From Lama glama (lineage: Eukaryota), in NCBI GenBank assembly GCA_028534125.1, contig CM052832.1:24244001-24308000 (forward strand): a DNA stretch of 64,000 bases, read 5' to 3'. Position 1 is the stretch's first letter; each line of letters begins with the position of its first letter. Made by a program: the position numbers and the translations under genes. The notes beneath the pieces are model-generated. The model was not told where the DNA came from, searched no databases, and was given only the letters and a program-made list of their open reading frames with translations. Positions 1 through 12,477 of the stretch are shown here, piece after piece.

Positions 1-1889
1 CATTAGCAAGCATCATTTGAGATTTAATTAGATAACCCTTTAAAAAATATGTTAACTTTGAGTCAATTTGGCACAAAATTTCAAGTCGAGAGCTCAAATC
101 TTTTCTACCTGGTAATTTGATTATTTTGAGCTAAAAAAAGAAAAGCAGATGACTAGATCATTATGTTTTTGCAAACTTCTTTTCAAAGAGGTTATGCAAG
201 AACCCCGAAGCGTGTCCCAAATAAAATCCTGGAGACACATAAAATCTGTATTTTTATGGTGCTAGTTACTAGTGAGCGCTGAGAGAATAAAGTCATTTCA
301 GGAAAGAGAGAAACAGGAGCCAAAGGGTGGCTGGGAATTTGTCTTGGCATGAGATGGCCAAGATACAAAGAAAGAGAAAAATATACCTGGCATCTTGGCC
401 ACCGTCCCTCCTTAGAACAGAACTTCATTTCATGGAAGACATAATTATCTCCTAACGTCTCCGATGCTGGCTGCCGAGCTAATTCTACAGAGACAGGCTA
501 TTTCAATGTTCTAGGAATGCCTGCTGCTAGTGTCTTCAGATGACATGCAAGGCCTCCCAGAGATGGTACAGAGCGGGCACTGCCGTGTTTGTCAGACCTA
601 AAAGTAGTTACCTTTCACATTTCCGTAATTCTGTGCATATTTTGGAGACGGTATACATTTGCGTGTTACCCTTATGATTATGTCAGGTTTAAGAGAGAAC
701 TCAGGCTGATGTCTGATATAAGGAACAATTTAGAGAATTCTTCTGGTGAGCTTCCCACTGTTTGGACCTAGTGCACAGGGCCTTTAGGTACAGGAGGTAT
801 TGGGTGCAAATAGCCGTGTTTAGAAGGCACCATGGAGCTGCAGATGCATAGACTCCTGTCCATGGGAGCAGCTCTGATTTCCCACATCAGTCAAGGCTCC
901 ATCTCATTTTCCAATTGCCCCGGTGTATGGGAGACCCAGAAAAGATCATCCACATGTTCTTAAAACAACTTACATTTCTACAAGGTCCTGTGAATGGGAC
1001 CAATGATTCTTTACAGACAACCATGGCAAGAGCGAACTTCCCACGCCGTCATCAACTAATGTCCTATTGAGAAAGAAAATTTGAATAACCTGGAGGTTAT
1101 GCCTTGCTGACAATTCTGAAGATACATAAGGAGTATAGACTTCTCAACTCTGTTGTGAATGCTTCCTGAACTCAGTAACCTACCCTCCCCTACTCAGACA
1201 TGGGAGTATGATTTTTGTGGTCCAGGTGTCAGGCATCGAGAACCCCAGGAGAGGCCTCCATGTTTTAGAAGGAACCTTGTCGGGGAGGCGGGGCAAGGAT
1301 ATAAATCTGGGGGTGGGGAGAGGAATGCAGTGGATGTCCTCAGAAGAAAAGGAAGAACGTGCAGTTAGTTTCTGGGGAATCCCGAAGAAACTGATACAGG
1401 AATAAACTATAAAGAAGCTCCTTGCTCATGGCCGTTTCCTCTTTCTGACAAAATGAATCAATGCTTCTATTTTTTTTTTTAACTGAGTTTCAAAGCATCC
1501 TCCACAGATCTGCATTAGCAGAGGCATTAGACGCATCCTCATCTGAGAAGCACTTTAATTACAGTGACGCTCAGAGCTCGTCCTCCTCTAATCAGAGAGT
1601 GTGTCTGAGTATAGAAACCAGGGAGAGACTCAGCCTCTCTTGGATGAGGATTTCGGGAGGACTAAAAATAGACCCACAGTCACCAGGCCAGCACTGTCCT
1701 GCCACTTCCGGTGGGGCGGGAGTGGAGGTGGCAGGAGGGTGGACAGTGTAGGGGGAAATGGACGTCCCTCCTCTTCTCCAACTCCCTTGGGCATGACCCC
1801 CACCCCTCTGCATCACCTCATTTAGAGTAACAGACAACAACAGTGTGTGCCTGGTTGCAACTGCTTAAACTCAGCCCTACTCCTTCTGG

Positions 1890-2045
1890 CCCTGAACTCC
1901 AGCCAGGTCACTTAACCAGCCCTCATCTGTGAAATGGGGATAATGACCATGCTTCCTGCAAGAAGTAATTGAGTTAATACATGTACGGTGCTCAGAACAC
2001 TGCGTGGCAAGGAACAAAGGCTCAACAAATGTTGATAGTTACTCT
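1890..2045 (+). mobile_element. MIR SINE
   Basis: CCTCATCTGTGAAATGGGGATAAT...GAGTTAATACATGTA...CTCAACAAATGTT MIR core and tail. Confidence 0.8.
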
Positions 2046-2227
2046 GTGATTATAATTTTACATTTTTCTCAGCATGGCTGAGTCCTTTAGTGATGACCGT
2101 TTTTCTTGGTAGGAAGCGACTTTACTAGTAATAGGGAACCCTCACAGATCACCAGTTTGGCATTAAATATACATTCTCTCCAAAAGAAAAAAAATGGCAG
2201 GCTTGAAAAATAGATGTTTTCCTAGGA

Positions 2228-2450
2228 CAGGGGTTGGCAAACTTTTTCTGTAAAAGGACAGACGGTCAATATTTTAGACTCTGCAGGCCCTGTGGTCTCT
2301 GTCCCAGGTACTAAGCTCTGCTGTTGTAGGGCAAAAGCAGCTGCAGACAGTGTGTGAAAAGGTGAGGATGAATGTGTTCCAATAAAACTTCATTTACAAA
2401 AGCAAGCAGCGGGCCAGATTTGGCCCATGGCTGGAGCTCGTTAACCCTTG
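2228..2450 (+). mobile_element. MER58A-like hAT-Charlie DNA transposon
   Basis: CAGGGGTTGGCAAACTTTTTCTGTAAA...AATATTTTAG...GTTCCAATAAAACTT...GGGCCAGATTTGGCCC...AACCCTTG with terminal inverted repeats. Confidence 0.88.
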
Positions 2451-4834
2451 TCCCATGGAGGCTGTAAACTCCAGGAGGGAGGGACCAAACCCTTGATGTT
2501 CTCCTCGACATCCTGCTGCTCAGCACCCTGCCCTTTACACACTTGCTGCTCACATTCTGATGATTTCTGAGTGAATGAATAAAACTCCAGAAAGAAGGGG
2601 TTTTCATTCCTTTAAATGCTGGACTCGGGCTCACCTATTCAGACTGTGAAATGCACAAAGTTCTGCCAATAGACATGACAGAGAGTTTCTAGAAACGATG
2701 CCTTGTGTCCATCTAAGGAGTTCAAGCTCTTTGGCAAATAAGTGTTATGTCCCTCTCCATCCCCACTACCTCCACCAGAAAAACAGATGGTGATAGAGAC
2801 TGCAACAATCCATAGTGCTGCATTCACAGAACTTTGTCTGATTGTCCATCATGGACTCAGATGTGTCAAACATGGTCCGGCATCTCCTATTGCTGGGCAA
2901 CCCCAAGTCTGAGGAGCATGAGACCTGAAACTTCTGCACACCACCCCCCTGCCCAGCTCTCAGGAGAGACAATTCAGTTTTAGTTGCCTCTCGGGTCAAA
3001 GAGGCTCAGGGATCCCCTGAGCTCAAACACGTGACTTCCTCTCTTTATGCTTTGGGTTCCTTGTCTACAAAACGGAAGCAGCAATAGTCCTGACTTCCAT
3101 GGCTGATGTAAAGATGAAGCAGGAGGTTGCTCAGCGTGTTGCCTATTTAACAAGCACTCAGCAAAAATTAGCTTGATGATTCCTGGACCAGCACCTAGAT
3201 CCTGATGAAGTCATTGCTAAGGACCACCTTGCCCTGGTTCTGAGTGGACAGCTGATGCCTAGGAAGGAAGGGGCCTGAGAGGCAGGGCTCCTCACTCCCC
3301 TCCCACCTTTACTGAACTTCCTTCTCTTCCCCTTCTCCGACCTGGTGGTTTCCACATCTGCTGGGGGTGGTGGTGTTCTTAATACTTTGTGAACCGGGGC
3401 ATCATCTGGAAGCTAGAAAATACACCCCCAAGGGTTTAAACAAGAGAGCAGAGGCACATGCTGAGGCTTCCTGGAACAGGCAATTCAGACTGTGGGAATC
3501 TGGGGCTGGCTTTTCACAACGAGCTGGATTATGAGAGGCGAGTGTTCTATTCCTAGCTAACAAGGAGCAGATTCAGAGGCATGAAGCCAGTGAGAGGTCC
3601 TCACTGTGCCTCGGCCTCCCTACTGGAGAGCAAGAAGTAATCATTTAGGATTGTCTCTAATTAAAGTGAGGGTTAAAGCACTTTGCAAAAATAAAACATG
3701 ATCGATGTAGGGTGGCATCATTCAACAGTAATGATTATACAGATACAGGATAACGGTATCTGCTACTATAGGTCTAAAATAGTTTTAGGAACAGCTCTGC
3801 CTGGAGGCTAAATGACCTCAAAGCACCTTCTAACTGATTCTCTGTGACTTCAGTACAATCTCATCAATTTCATAATCATGGGGCAGAAGCCCATCTCAAT
3901 TAGAGTCGGACTTCATTGCAATCAGTCCATCAAATCCAGCTCTTTCAGAAATTAAAAGGTGGGCCTAAAATAACCCAATGTTCCTATGAGATGTTTGCTT
4001 AGAAACAGATAAAAATTACGTGCAATTGCTTGTATCTGAATAGGTGTTTCTAGAGAGTTCCAGGGTGCTCAAAAACTGTTTATTCTCTTAATTAATGTAA
4101 ACTTTAATCTGCAGTCTCTGACCCCCACCTGGTCTTGGGGGTGTGGTTGTTTTTAGCTGGGTGGAAAAAGAATAACATAAAGGAATTCTTTTAATAGATT
4201 TGGCAAATGTAAACCTCAGGCCGATCTCAATCACCACAATTTCAGATTTACGAACTCTGATTTCTTAAGGGTTGTGGGCCCCCAAACTGCAATTAAAATC
4301 CACAGGAATGCTGAGGACTAAGTTTATGGCCTTTCAGGAGGGAGGGTGGGTAAGTACATGGGAACCTGTCACTTGTCACTCCTGCACCCTGACCACAGGG
4401 CAGTTGGCAGCTGGGCTATGTAGAAATGTCTGCCATCTCCGACCGACTGGCTAGGAGAAAAAAACAGGCAAGTTTGCCTGGCTTCCTAGCCTGTGTGCGG
4501 GTCCAGGTTCATAAGGACTTTAGTCGAGGTCAGACCTTCCCTTCCTGGGTTGAAAGCTGGGGCCGTGAGCAAGATCACGTAGTCTGTTGGGTCAGGTGGG
4601 GTTGCCCCTCAGGGACTCCCGTGTTGACTGGACTGGGGTTCACAGGGAGCAAGGGCAAGTTCAGGGCAGAGGTGCAGTTCCACCCAGCAACTCCAACTGC
4701 CCCAGGGATGTGTGCCGGGGAAGAAGGGGCACCGAGGGGGTAGACCACTGCGCGCTACCAAGAAGTTCAGCCAAGAATCAGAATAGGATAGTTATCTGGC
4801 CAGTGACAGCAGAGATGACCCAGACTCTACTAGC

Positions 4835-4953
4835 AATTTGCTTACTATCACCATCCTGTGTCCCCAGCAGCAAGCCCAGGGCCTGCCACACAATAGGTCC
4901 TCAGCAAAGTGAGTGAGTGAATGAATGAATGAATATTTGTTTCTTGAATGAAT
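4835..4953 (+). mobile_element. L2 3' end with (GAAT)n tail
   Basis: TGTGTCCCCAGCA...CACACAATAGGTCCTCAG...GTGAATGAATGAATGAAT. Confidence 0.7.
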
Positions 4954-6369
4954 GGAAGTTTCCAGACCACACAAGGCCATGTGTTGGCAAGCCTGGAGCA
5001 AAGTGCATTTACAAGGGAGGCAGCAGAGGGACTTAGTGTGTGTCCTTTTTAGAACTGCTTGCTTAGGAGCCCAGGTTCCAAATGTCCAGTGTCCACCCCT
5101 TGTTCAGAGGAGAGCCCACCAAGTTGCCTCTCTGAGACACAACCCTGTGATCACTATTGAGGGTCACTCATCTTGCGAGCAGAAATGATCCTTTTTTTAA
5201 AGATGACGATACACTGGGGGCAGTTCAGGTTGGCTGTAAGTCTTCTGCTTTTCAGGATTAACCAAATATTAGCATGCATCCAGTAGATGGCACTTTGACA
5301 ATGAAGGTCCCCAAACTCCTTGAGGAATTTGATGATAGCTTTTTAAATTCATCTCAACTTTTAAACTAAGAAGAATCAAGCCGCAATCCATAATTGTGGT
5401 TGTGGATGGTCAGTGTTTGGCTATAAATAACACCATCATTCTCCAAAGGCCCCTAATTTCAGCCTGAGATTCAGGCAGAGGAAACATTTCCTATGAAAAA
5501 TCTACGGAAGGCAAATTCATTCCAAGCCCCCCCTGAAGAATCCTGAAAGAAATAAGGTCATGGGGCCTTCCCTGGTGCTACGATGTTTATGTTCAGTGAT
5601 TTCTTTCTCTCCTACTAAATATACCATCTGGAAGCAAGCTTACCATCTGGAAGGACTCTAAGTGGGTTCCAGATGGATCTCCCTTTGATCCAATTGATAT
5701 GGACAGGAGGACACCAAGAACAAGCTCTACCCCACATTCAGAGGTGGTGGTTAGAATATAAATATTTCAGAACATGAGCTAAAAGCAAGCCCTGTACTGA
5801 CAGGTTAGGAGCAGGCTCTGCAAGAAGAAAGTCACCTGCAGAGAAGGGCCAGGTGGGAGAACGAGAATTTGAGGGCACCCAGAGGACTTGCAACATAAGA
5901 AGTCACCAGAACTGCCAGGACTGTGTCATCATTTCAGGTTTTACTGTGGTTTCACAAAAAGGCCACAGTCTAGTTCCATCATCTGGCACAGTTGGGAGGA
6001 GTGGGAGCAAAAAGGTAAAGGTTACAACTTTTTCACCCCAGGGCTGTGCCAAGCTGCTGCGTGCACAACACTACAGAGCAGAGGCGAGAAAGTAAAGTGC
6101 AAGGCGCCTGGTGTTTATTCCCAGCAACCCAGCAACCCCGGAGCCAAGATTTGAGGATTGGATGGGGTTATCAGGATCAGAAGGGGAAAAAAGGCTTGGG
6201 CAGTGTGAGTGACAGCTCTGTCCTCACACGTTTATAACCATGCTTAACTCCTGGGTTTGTTGTGCAAAACAAAAACACCTGGTACAATGCCTGGCACTTA
6301 GTAGATGTTCAATAAACTGTAGAGTTGATGTTCATTTTTTTAATGTTAAATAATGCCTTCTAGTCACAG

Positions 6370-7260
6370 TTTATAAAGGACCTTGATAACACTCATATAT
6401 TTAAGTCTCACAATAACCCTGTGAGACAGGAGGGAACTTTTAATCCTGTGTTGCTCATGAGGAAAATGGTGCTCAGAGAGGTTTTTTAAAATAATTTTTT
6501 TAATAACCTAGTACTTTTCTTAATTGCCTTACAGATCTCTTCATTGCTGCTTTTCCCATACATTCTGTTTCTTTGTTTTTAATTGAAGTATAAGTTGGTT
6601 TGCAGTGCTGTGTTAATTTCTGGTGTACAGCAGAGTGATTCAGAATACATATATATACATTCCTTTTCATATTCTTTTTCATTATAAGCTATTACTAGGT
6701 ATTGAATATAGCTCCCTGTGCTATACAGTAGGACCTTGTTGTTAATCAATTTTATATATAGTAGTCAGTATCTGCAAATCTCAAACTCCCAATTTATCCC
6801 CCCCACCCCACTTTCTTCCCAAACCAAAAGTTTGTTTTCTGTCTGTGAGTCTGTCTCTCTTTTGTAAATAAGTTCATTTCGCATACATTATTTTTTTACA
6901 TATACATATATATTCTTTTTCAGATTCTTTTTGACTATAGCTTATTACAAGATATTGACTATAGTTCCCTGTGTTATACGGTAGGTCCTTGTTGTTTGTC
7001 TGTTTTACATACAGTAGTGTGTATATGTTAATCCCAGACTCATAATTTATCCCTCCCCCCAACCTCATTCCCCTTTGGTAACCATAGTTCGTTTTCTATG
7101 TCTGTGAGTCTATTTCTGTTTTGTAAATAGGTTCATTTGTGTTTTTTTTTTTAAGTTTCCACATATAAGAGAATTTTAACCAATTGTCCAAAGTCACATG
7201 TGGGATAAACGGGGACCTTGAACTTGAAGGTGACATTGGATTCTAACTTCAGATGGTCGT
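6370..7260 (-). mobile_element. MIR split by younger L1 insertion(s) (MIR parts ~6370-6480 and ~7175-7260)
   Basis: TCTCACAATAACCCTGTGAG...ATGAGGAAAATGGTGCTCAGAGAGGTT on the left resumes as TTAACCAATTGTCCAAAGTCACA on the right. Confidence 0.6.
6575..7170 (-). mobile_element. Cetartiodactyl-type L1 3' UTR, two tandem overlapping segments
   Basis: TTGAAGTATAAGTTG...TTTCTGGTGTACAGCAGAGTGATTCAG...CCCTGTGCTATACAGTAGGACCTTG; the ~240-bp block occurs twice; similar to 41324-41854. Confidence 0.88.
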
Positions 7261-10200
7261 TCCTCTGTGCCGGTTGCATAATCTTTTGCAGAACTTCAGT
7301 GCTTTTCATTCCTTTTCTTTTTTCCCCCTGATTTTACTACAGTTCTGCATCCAAGAGCCTTAGAAAGGTGATGAAAACATGGAGCCTTTGCAGTCTTTTT
7401 TCAAGTGTGCCTCATTTCAAATTGCTCCCAATAGTTGTATATCACATTGAGTAAACATTTCTGATAATTTGGAGAGAAGGTGATCTGTGTGTGAGTGGTT
7501 ATGTTTCCACTCTGGGCTAAAACAGTGGAAGTAGCAGGAGGCACATAACTCTGATAGTATTAAAAAAGAGAACCATCGCTATAATTCTATGCTACACATA
7601 AAGCAGACTATACTGTACATACTGTAAATTGCATATGAAATAAAATACTTATAGCATTTAGTATAGATAGATAATAGTGATACATAATCCAAATTAGAAA
7701 GTGATAAAAAAATTTCCTGGAAAAAAAAAAGATATCTTTTTCATGTTTCATGATTATCCAGTGTTAGGGTATCTAGTCCTAATTTATTCCTGTACTTTCA
7801 CCAAAGGCTTCTGGAAATTCTCCTCATAAGGCTCTATTTATGGAGAGCTAAAAAAAAAATTTGAAAAGCGAACCCTTTTCAAGGGAGAATTTTCTACATG
7901 GTGGGTCATAGTCTAATTTTTGCCCCAATGATGGCTTTTTTCCAGGCCTATTTAGTTCTTGGAATAAACCTGGGTGCCTCAGCCACAGACATTGATTCTG
8001 TCTAATAAAACATGGTGGAATTTGCATAACATATTTGAATACCCAGGAGGTTTTCATTTATTTCTATTTATTTAATCCTATTTTTGCAAAAAAAAAAAAG
8101 TAATGAAAACCCGAAGATAGCCCCAGAGAAGCCTACGCTGGAATCATTTTGTCTAGTGGTCTTTGGTATGTGTGCCGAGGAACAAATGTGCCCAGGCCTT
8201 CTTGGCATGTGACGCACCACGAGCTCTTTTGCAAAGTTGATAGACTCAGGGATCTGTGGTTCCTGGTGGGAAAAATATGATTTGGCTCTCATAGCTTTTC
8301 CTTCCCTGGCAGTAGTGGTTTCATTAATGATGTTGGAAAACTAAGCTAAACACAGACACTCTTGCAGTAGGAGGTAGGAGCAGCATAAAGGCCCAACCTA
8401 GAGTTTCGGGCCCTGGGCCAGTAGGAATTCAAGAGAAAAATGGTACCATCTGCCCTGTTTCTTCAGGAATTGCTGCAGGCAGGCCACTAACCATAGGGTA
8501 CTGGTGCTTCCCCTTCTCTCATGTGTTAAGATTGGTTACCAGTGCTTCTCCACCTTTGGTCCTGTCACAACATATTGCAAACAATATTGTTAAGGACCCT
8601 GGGAAGCATGGATGCAGTCTATAACCAGAGGTGTTTGTTCAAAGACCTCCATGCTCTCTCTCCCTGTTCACAATGGCTAAGAACATCAATTTTCTCTGTG
8701 CTTCTCAACTCATTCATGGTACACTCGGAATCAACTTCAAATTTGGGTCCCAGGGAGGAAGGAAGAGAGAACAGCAGAATATGTTAATTTCTATCTAAAA
8801 TGCAAGTGGGTATTGGGAACACTACCAATACATCTCCCACCACAATACCGCCCTTACCAGTTTTTAGTGACTTGTTTCAACTTAAAATATAGTACTCATC
8901 TATGGTTGAAGTTAGAGAGAGGAGACATGAAACTACCACTGACTACCCAGTTGGTGGAAATTTCCATCAGTAATCAAGACATTCTCAAATCTGGTCTTCA
9001 ACTTTGCAGATCTGGACATTTGATTTTTTTCCAGTGTATCCAGATTCAGGAGGTCTGGTTCTCATTAACTAACCTCATAAGAGCCTGATGCATAAACTGT
9101 AAGATCAATTTAAAAGTTTGTAATAGAGGCTGCTTCTTTCTTATGGCTAAAAATTTAAAGTTTATCAACTAGATCGTATCCTTTGCAATATCAGAAAAGT
9201 CCATTTGGAACCAGAAGGTTGTTTGGGACGCACAGAATCAAAACAAAAGGGGCAACTGGATATCCTTTAGAGAACTTTACTTAGGACATGAGAAAGCCTG
9301 GTGAATGAACCATCCTTGCCTTACCCTAGAGTTCCCTTCTTTAGGGATCACGATGCCCAAGAATCCCAGATACAGTGGCTCAGGCCTCAGATGATACTAG
9401 ACAAAAACAATTCTTATCCTTTAACTTTCCCTTTTAGAGACCCTAAGCAAGCCACCCTCTATGGTATAATACAACTGATCAGCTTGGTAAAATCATATTC
9501 TACTCTCAAATCCCTAAAATGATAACCAAATTGTTTCAAATGGTCTTGATGGGTTTTTAGATCTTCCTTCCTAAGACTCCCATGGTTGGTCCCAGTTACA
9601 TATGCATTCTTAGTGTTGTTAAGCTGATAGTGTCAAGTTCGGGGGGCACCTTACTTCACCAGCATCCTCTGATTATAATAAGTGGTGAGAAAAGATAATA
9701 AGATCCATATTCAGCTTAACATTTGTAGGTCATCCTTTTCTAATAAAAATTGCAGAAGTTAAAAAAAATTGGCTACAACTATAGCTCCTTAATTCAGCTT
9801 AACTGGGGAAAAGATTAATTTGAATTAGCAGAAATCTTAATCACAGCTTTTGTTTTTTAAAGCTCTGATTTAATGAAAACTTCTCTGAATGGAAATGAGA
9901 TCTTGATTCGATTTCCTGCCTCCATTCAAGTTGGCCAAGCTCATTAACCTCTCCAGATCTCAGTTTCCTCATCTGTAAAATAAGAGTATTGAAGCCAACT
10001 TGCGTCTGGGGACCCTTCCAGTCCAGCATTTTCTTTCTTTAATGTGCCTATCTGTAGCCTCAAGCAAAAGAATTGCCATTTGCAAGCAAGTAAGAGTAGC
10101 TGGCAATAGTTAGTTGGTCCTGCCCCAATGAAACACAATTTTCAATCCCTGAAGCTCCCAGAAACTTAATGATAACAATAACAATAATCAGCATTAAATT

Positions 10201-10269
10201 CCCAAGTTAGTTCTGTGTTTACCTTCAAGAATATACAGCATCTCCCAATGGGCTCGAATGAATGCAAAA

Positions 10270-10990
10270 TACTCAAACAGCTTTACTTAGCACATACTGT
10301 TTACTTGGGTTTGGGAAGTAAAGGGGAGTTACTAAGATAAAAACCAGTGTGGTCCCTGCCTTTAGAGCTCAAACCCAGCAGGGGATACAGCACATGCACA
10401 TCTGCCCTGTAATACGGTACCAAGCAGAGTATCATATGTGAAGCCTACTGAGAAAACACAAAGGGTGGCACAATTAATTCTGTCTGAAAAGGAAAGAAGG
10501 GGAGAAGGCTTCCTGGAGGAGGTGACATCTGAACCAGGCCCTGAAGGATGAAGTAGAGAAAGATGATAGGGCTGGAGTGTGAGGCAGAGTAGTCTGGAAA
10601 GCAGGGGATTGGAAGGATGGTGAGCCAGGAAGGGGAAGAATTGCCACAAGATGTGTCTGGAAAATGTGAATAAGGTGAGTGGGCTTTGAATGATACATAA
10701 AAGCATTTGGGCTCCATCTTTTACCAGAAGAGTTCCATGATCGGATTTATTTGGGGAGGTCAAAATGTTGTGGGGAGAGGTTTTGAACAGGGAAAATCTG
10801 GAGGCCAGAAGAATAGCCTGGAGATAATTATAACAGGCCAGGTAGCAAGTGATGAGGGTCTGTGTTAGGATGGTACCAGGAGGGATGCATCTGAGAGACA
10901 TTACAGAAGAAGAAGAGCCCATACGAATTTGGCAGCTAGTTAGATGTTGGAGGTGACAGAGAGGGGGGGGATATGAAAAAAAGATTCAGA
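10270..10990 (-). mobile_element. L2 LINE fragment
   Basis: GGTCCCTGCCTTTAGAGCTC...GAAGGCTTCCTGGAGGAGGTGACATCTGA...GGCCCTGAAGGATGAAGTAG, typical antisense L2. Confidence 0.8.
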
Positions 10991-11754
10991 TTTTGGTTAG
11001 GCTGGTGGGTCCCAAGGGACACTGGTTTCTTTTATGCTTATAGACACTGATAACCTGTGCTATACAGAAAAGTAATGCTCAGGAAAGATGAGTGAACATC
11101 AGAAAGGCCCAGTAAATAAAACCCACAAAGAAAACGATTCTCCATGTCTATAGACTTTGTACAGCAGAGAGAAACTAATGACATGAGAACATTTAAATGA
11201 TCCAAAGAAACTGTGAGCTTTTAAGAAAAAATAGTTTTGAGAGAGTTTGTGGTTATTGTTTGTTTAGGGTTTTGCTTGCCTTGTGTATCTTTTTCTTTTG
11301 TTTTTTGTTTGTTTGTTGAGTTTAACATTTTGGGCAAGCTTGTTTGTTTGCAAAAAAATTATTAACCTTAAAATGGAAATGATGCAATAATAACACAACA
11401 GAGTTTGAGTTGGATCTCTGAATTAGCATTCCAGCTGTGAAAGAACTAGCATTTTTCCACCACACTATTCATAGTATCAGGTACAAGGCATGTGCTTTCA
11501 GGCCTCTGATGTCTTTTGTTTAGCGAATCTTCAGGACTGAGTTTTCCCGTAAGTAGGAGACAGAGCATATCCTTGTTCATAAAATGAGATGGGGAAGCAA
11601 CCAAAGCTGACAAGCCAGCTAATACACCACAACAGAAAATCACTGCCCCCCGGAAAATCACTGCAGGGCAAGTGCATTGTAGCATATGTTAAAATATTTT
11701 GCATTCTTGTAACCAAACAAGATGCAAAATAGATTATTTTTAAATTAATTTTTA

Positions 11755-11881
11755 GGGAGGAGGGTATAGCTCAGTGGTAGAGTGTATGCTTAACATGCAT
11801 GATGTCCTGAGTTCAATTCCCAGTACCTCTATTAAATACTTAAATAAACCTAATTACCCCCTCCCCCATAAAAAACCCACA
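11755..11881 (+). mobile_element. tRNA-Ala-derived SINE (camelid Vic-1-like)
   Basis: GGGTATAGCTCAGTGGTAGAGTG...GTTCAATTCCCAGTACCTC head with A/B boxes, AAATAAACCTAATTACC tail, TSD AAATTAATTTT (11742-11752 / 11882-11892). Confidence 0.9.
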
Positions 11882-11934
11882 AAATTAATTTTGCCAATGA
11901 AATGTAATAAATCCTTGAATAAGTGATTGTTCTA

Positions 11935-12120
11935 ATACTTTTTATCATCCTGCCAAATCCTCACAACAATAAAGATTATTGACCCTATTTAACAGGTGAG
12001 AAAACTGAGATTTAAAGAAGATAAATATTTTGCCCATGTAGTTTAGTAAGTAGAAAGACTGGGGTTGGAGCCAGGCAATTTAATCCTAGGATTTATGACC
12101 TTAACCTCTCTGCTATGTTA
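11935..12120 (-). mobile_element. MIR SINE
   Basis: AATCCTCACAACAA...CCCTATTTAACAGGTGAGAAAACTGAG...TTGCCCA...CTTAACCTCTCTGCTAT. Confidence 0.78.
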
Positions 12121-12229
12121 CCCCCAATTTAATAAGCAAAATAAATAATGATATGCTCATATGACCAAATATTTTGCAATATTTGCAACTAATAAACAAC
12201 TAAAAGTAAGAACAACTGCTGACACGAGG

Positions 12230-12460
12230 AAATACATAACATATTATTTTGTTGGTAAATAAGCTTATGAAAGTAAGGATAGTATAGCATAATTCTATGA
12301 AAAGCTATTTTACGTATATTAAATACATACACATTATAGGCATAGAAATAATATACATTTATAATTTAACAGTGATTATCAGTGGGTAGTGGAATTCTTG
12401 ATGATTTTTATATTCTCCTTAAGAATTTTCTGTATTTTTCAGATTTTCTAAAATAAACTT
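12230..12460 (+). mobile_element. L1ME-like 3' end
   Basis: TTAACAGTGATTATC...TGATTTTTATATTCTCCTT...TTTTCTGTATTTTTCAGATTTTCTA. Confidence 0.65.
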
Positions 12461-12477
12461 AGAAAGTTGTACTTGAA

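Noticed and set aside
10362..10922. 186-aa minus-strand ORF (similarly 40227-40913 and 61395-62012)
   Set aside because: They lie largely within decayed L2 sequence; chance open frames.
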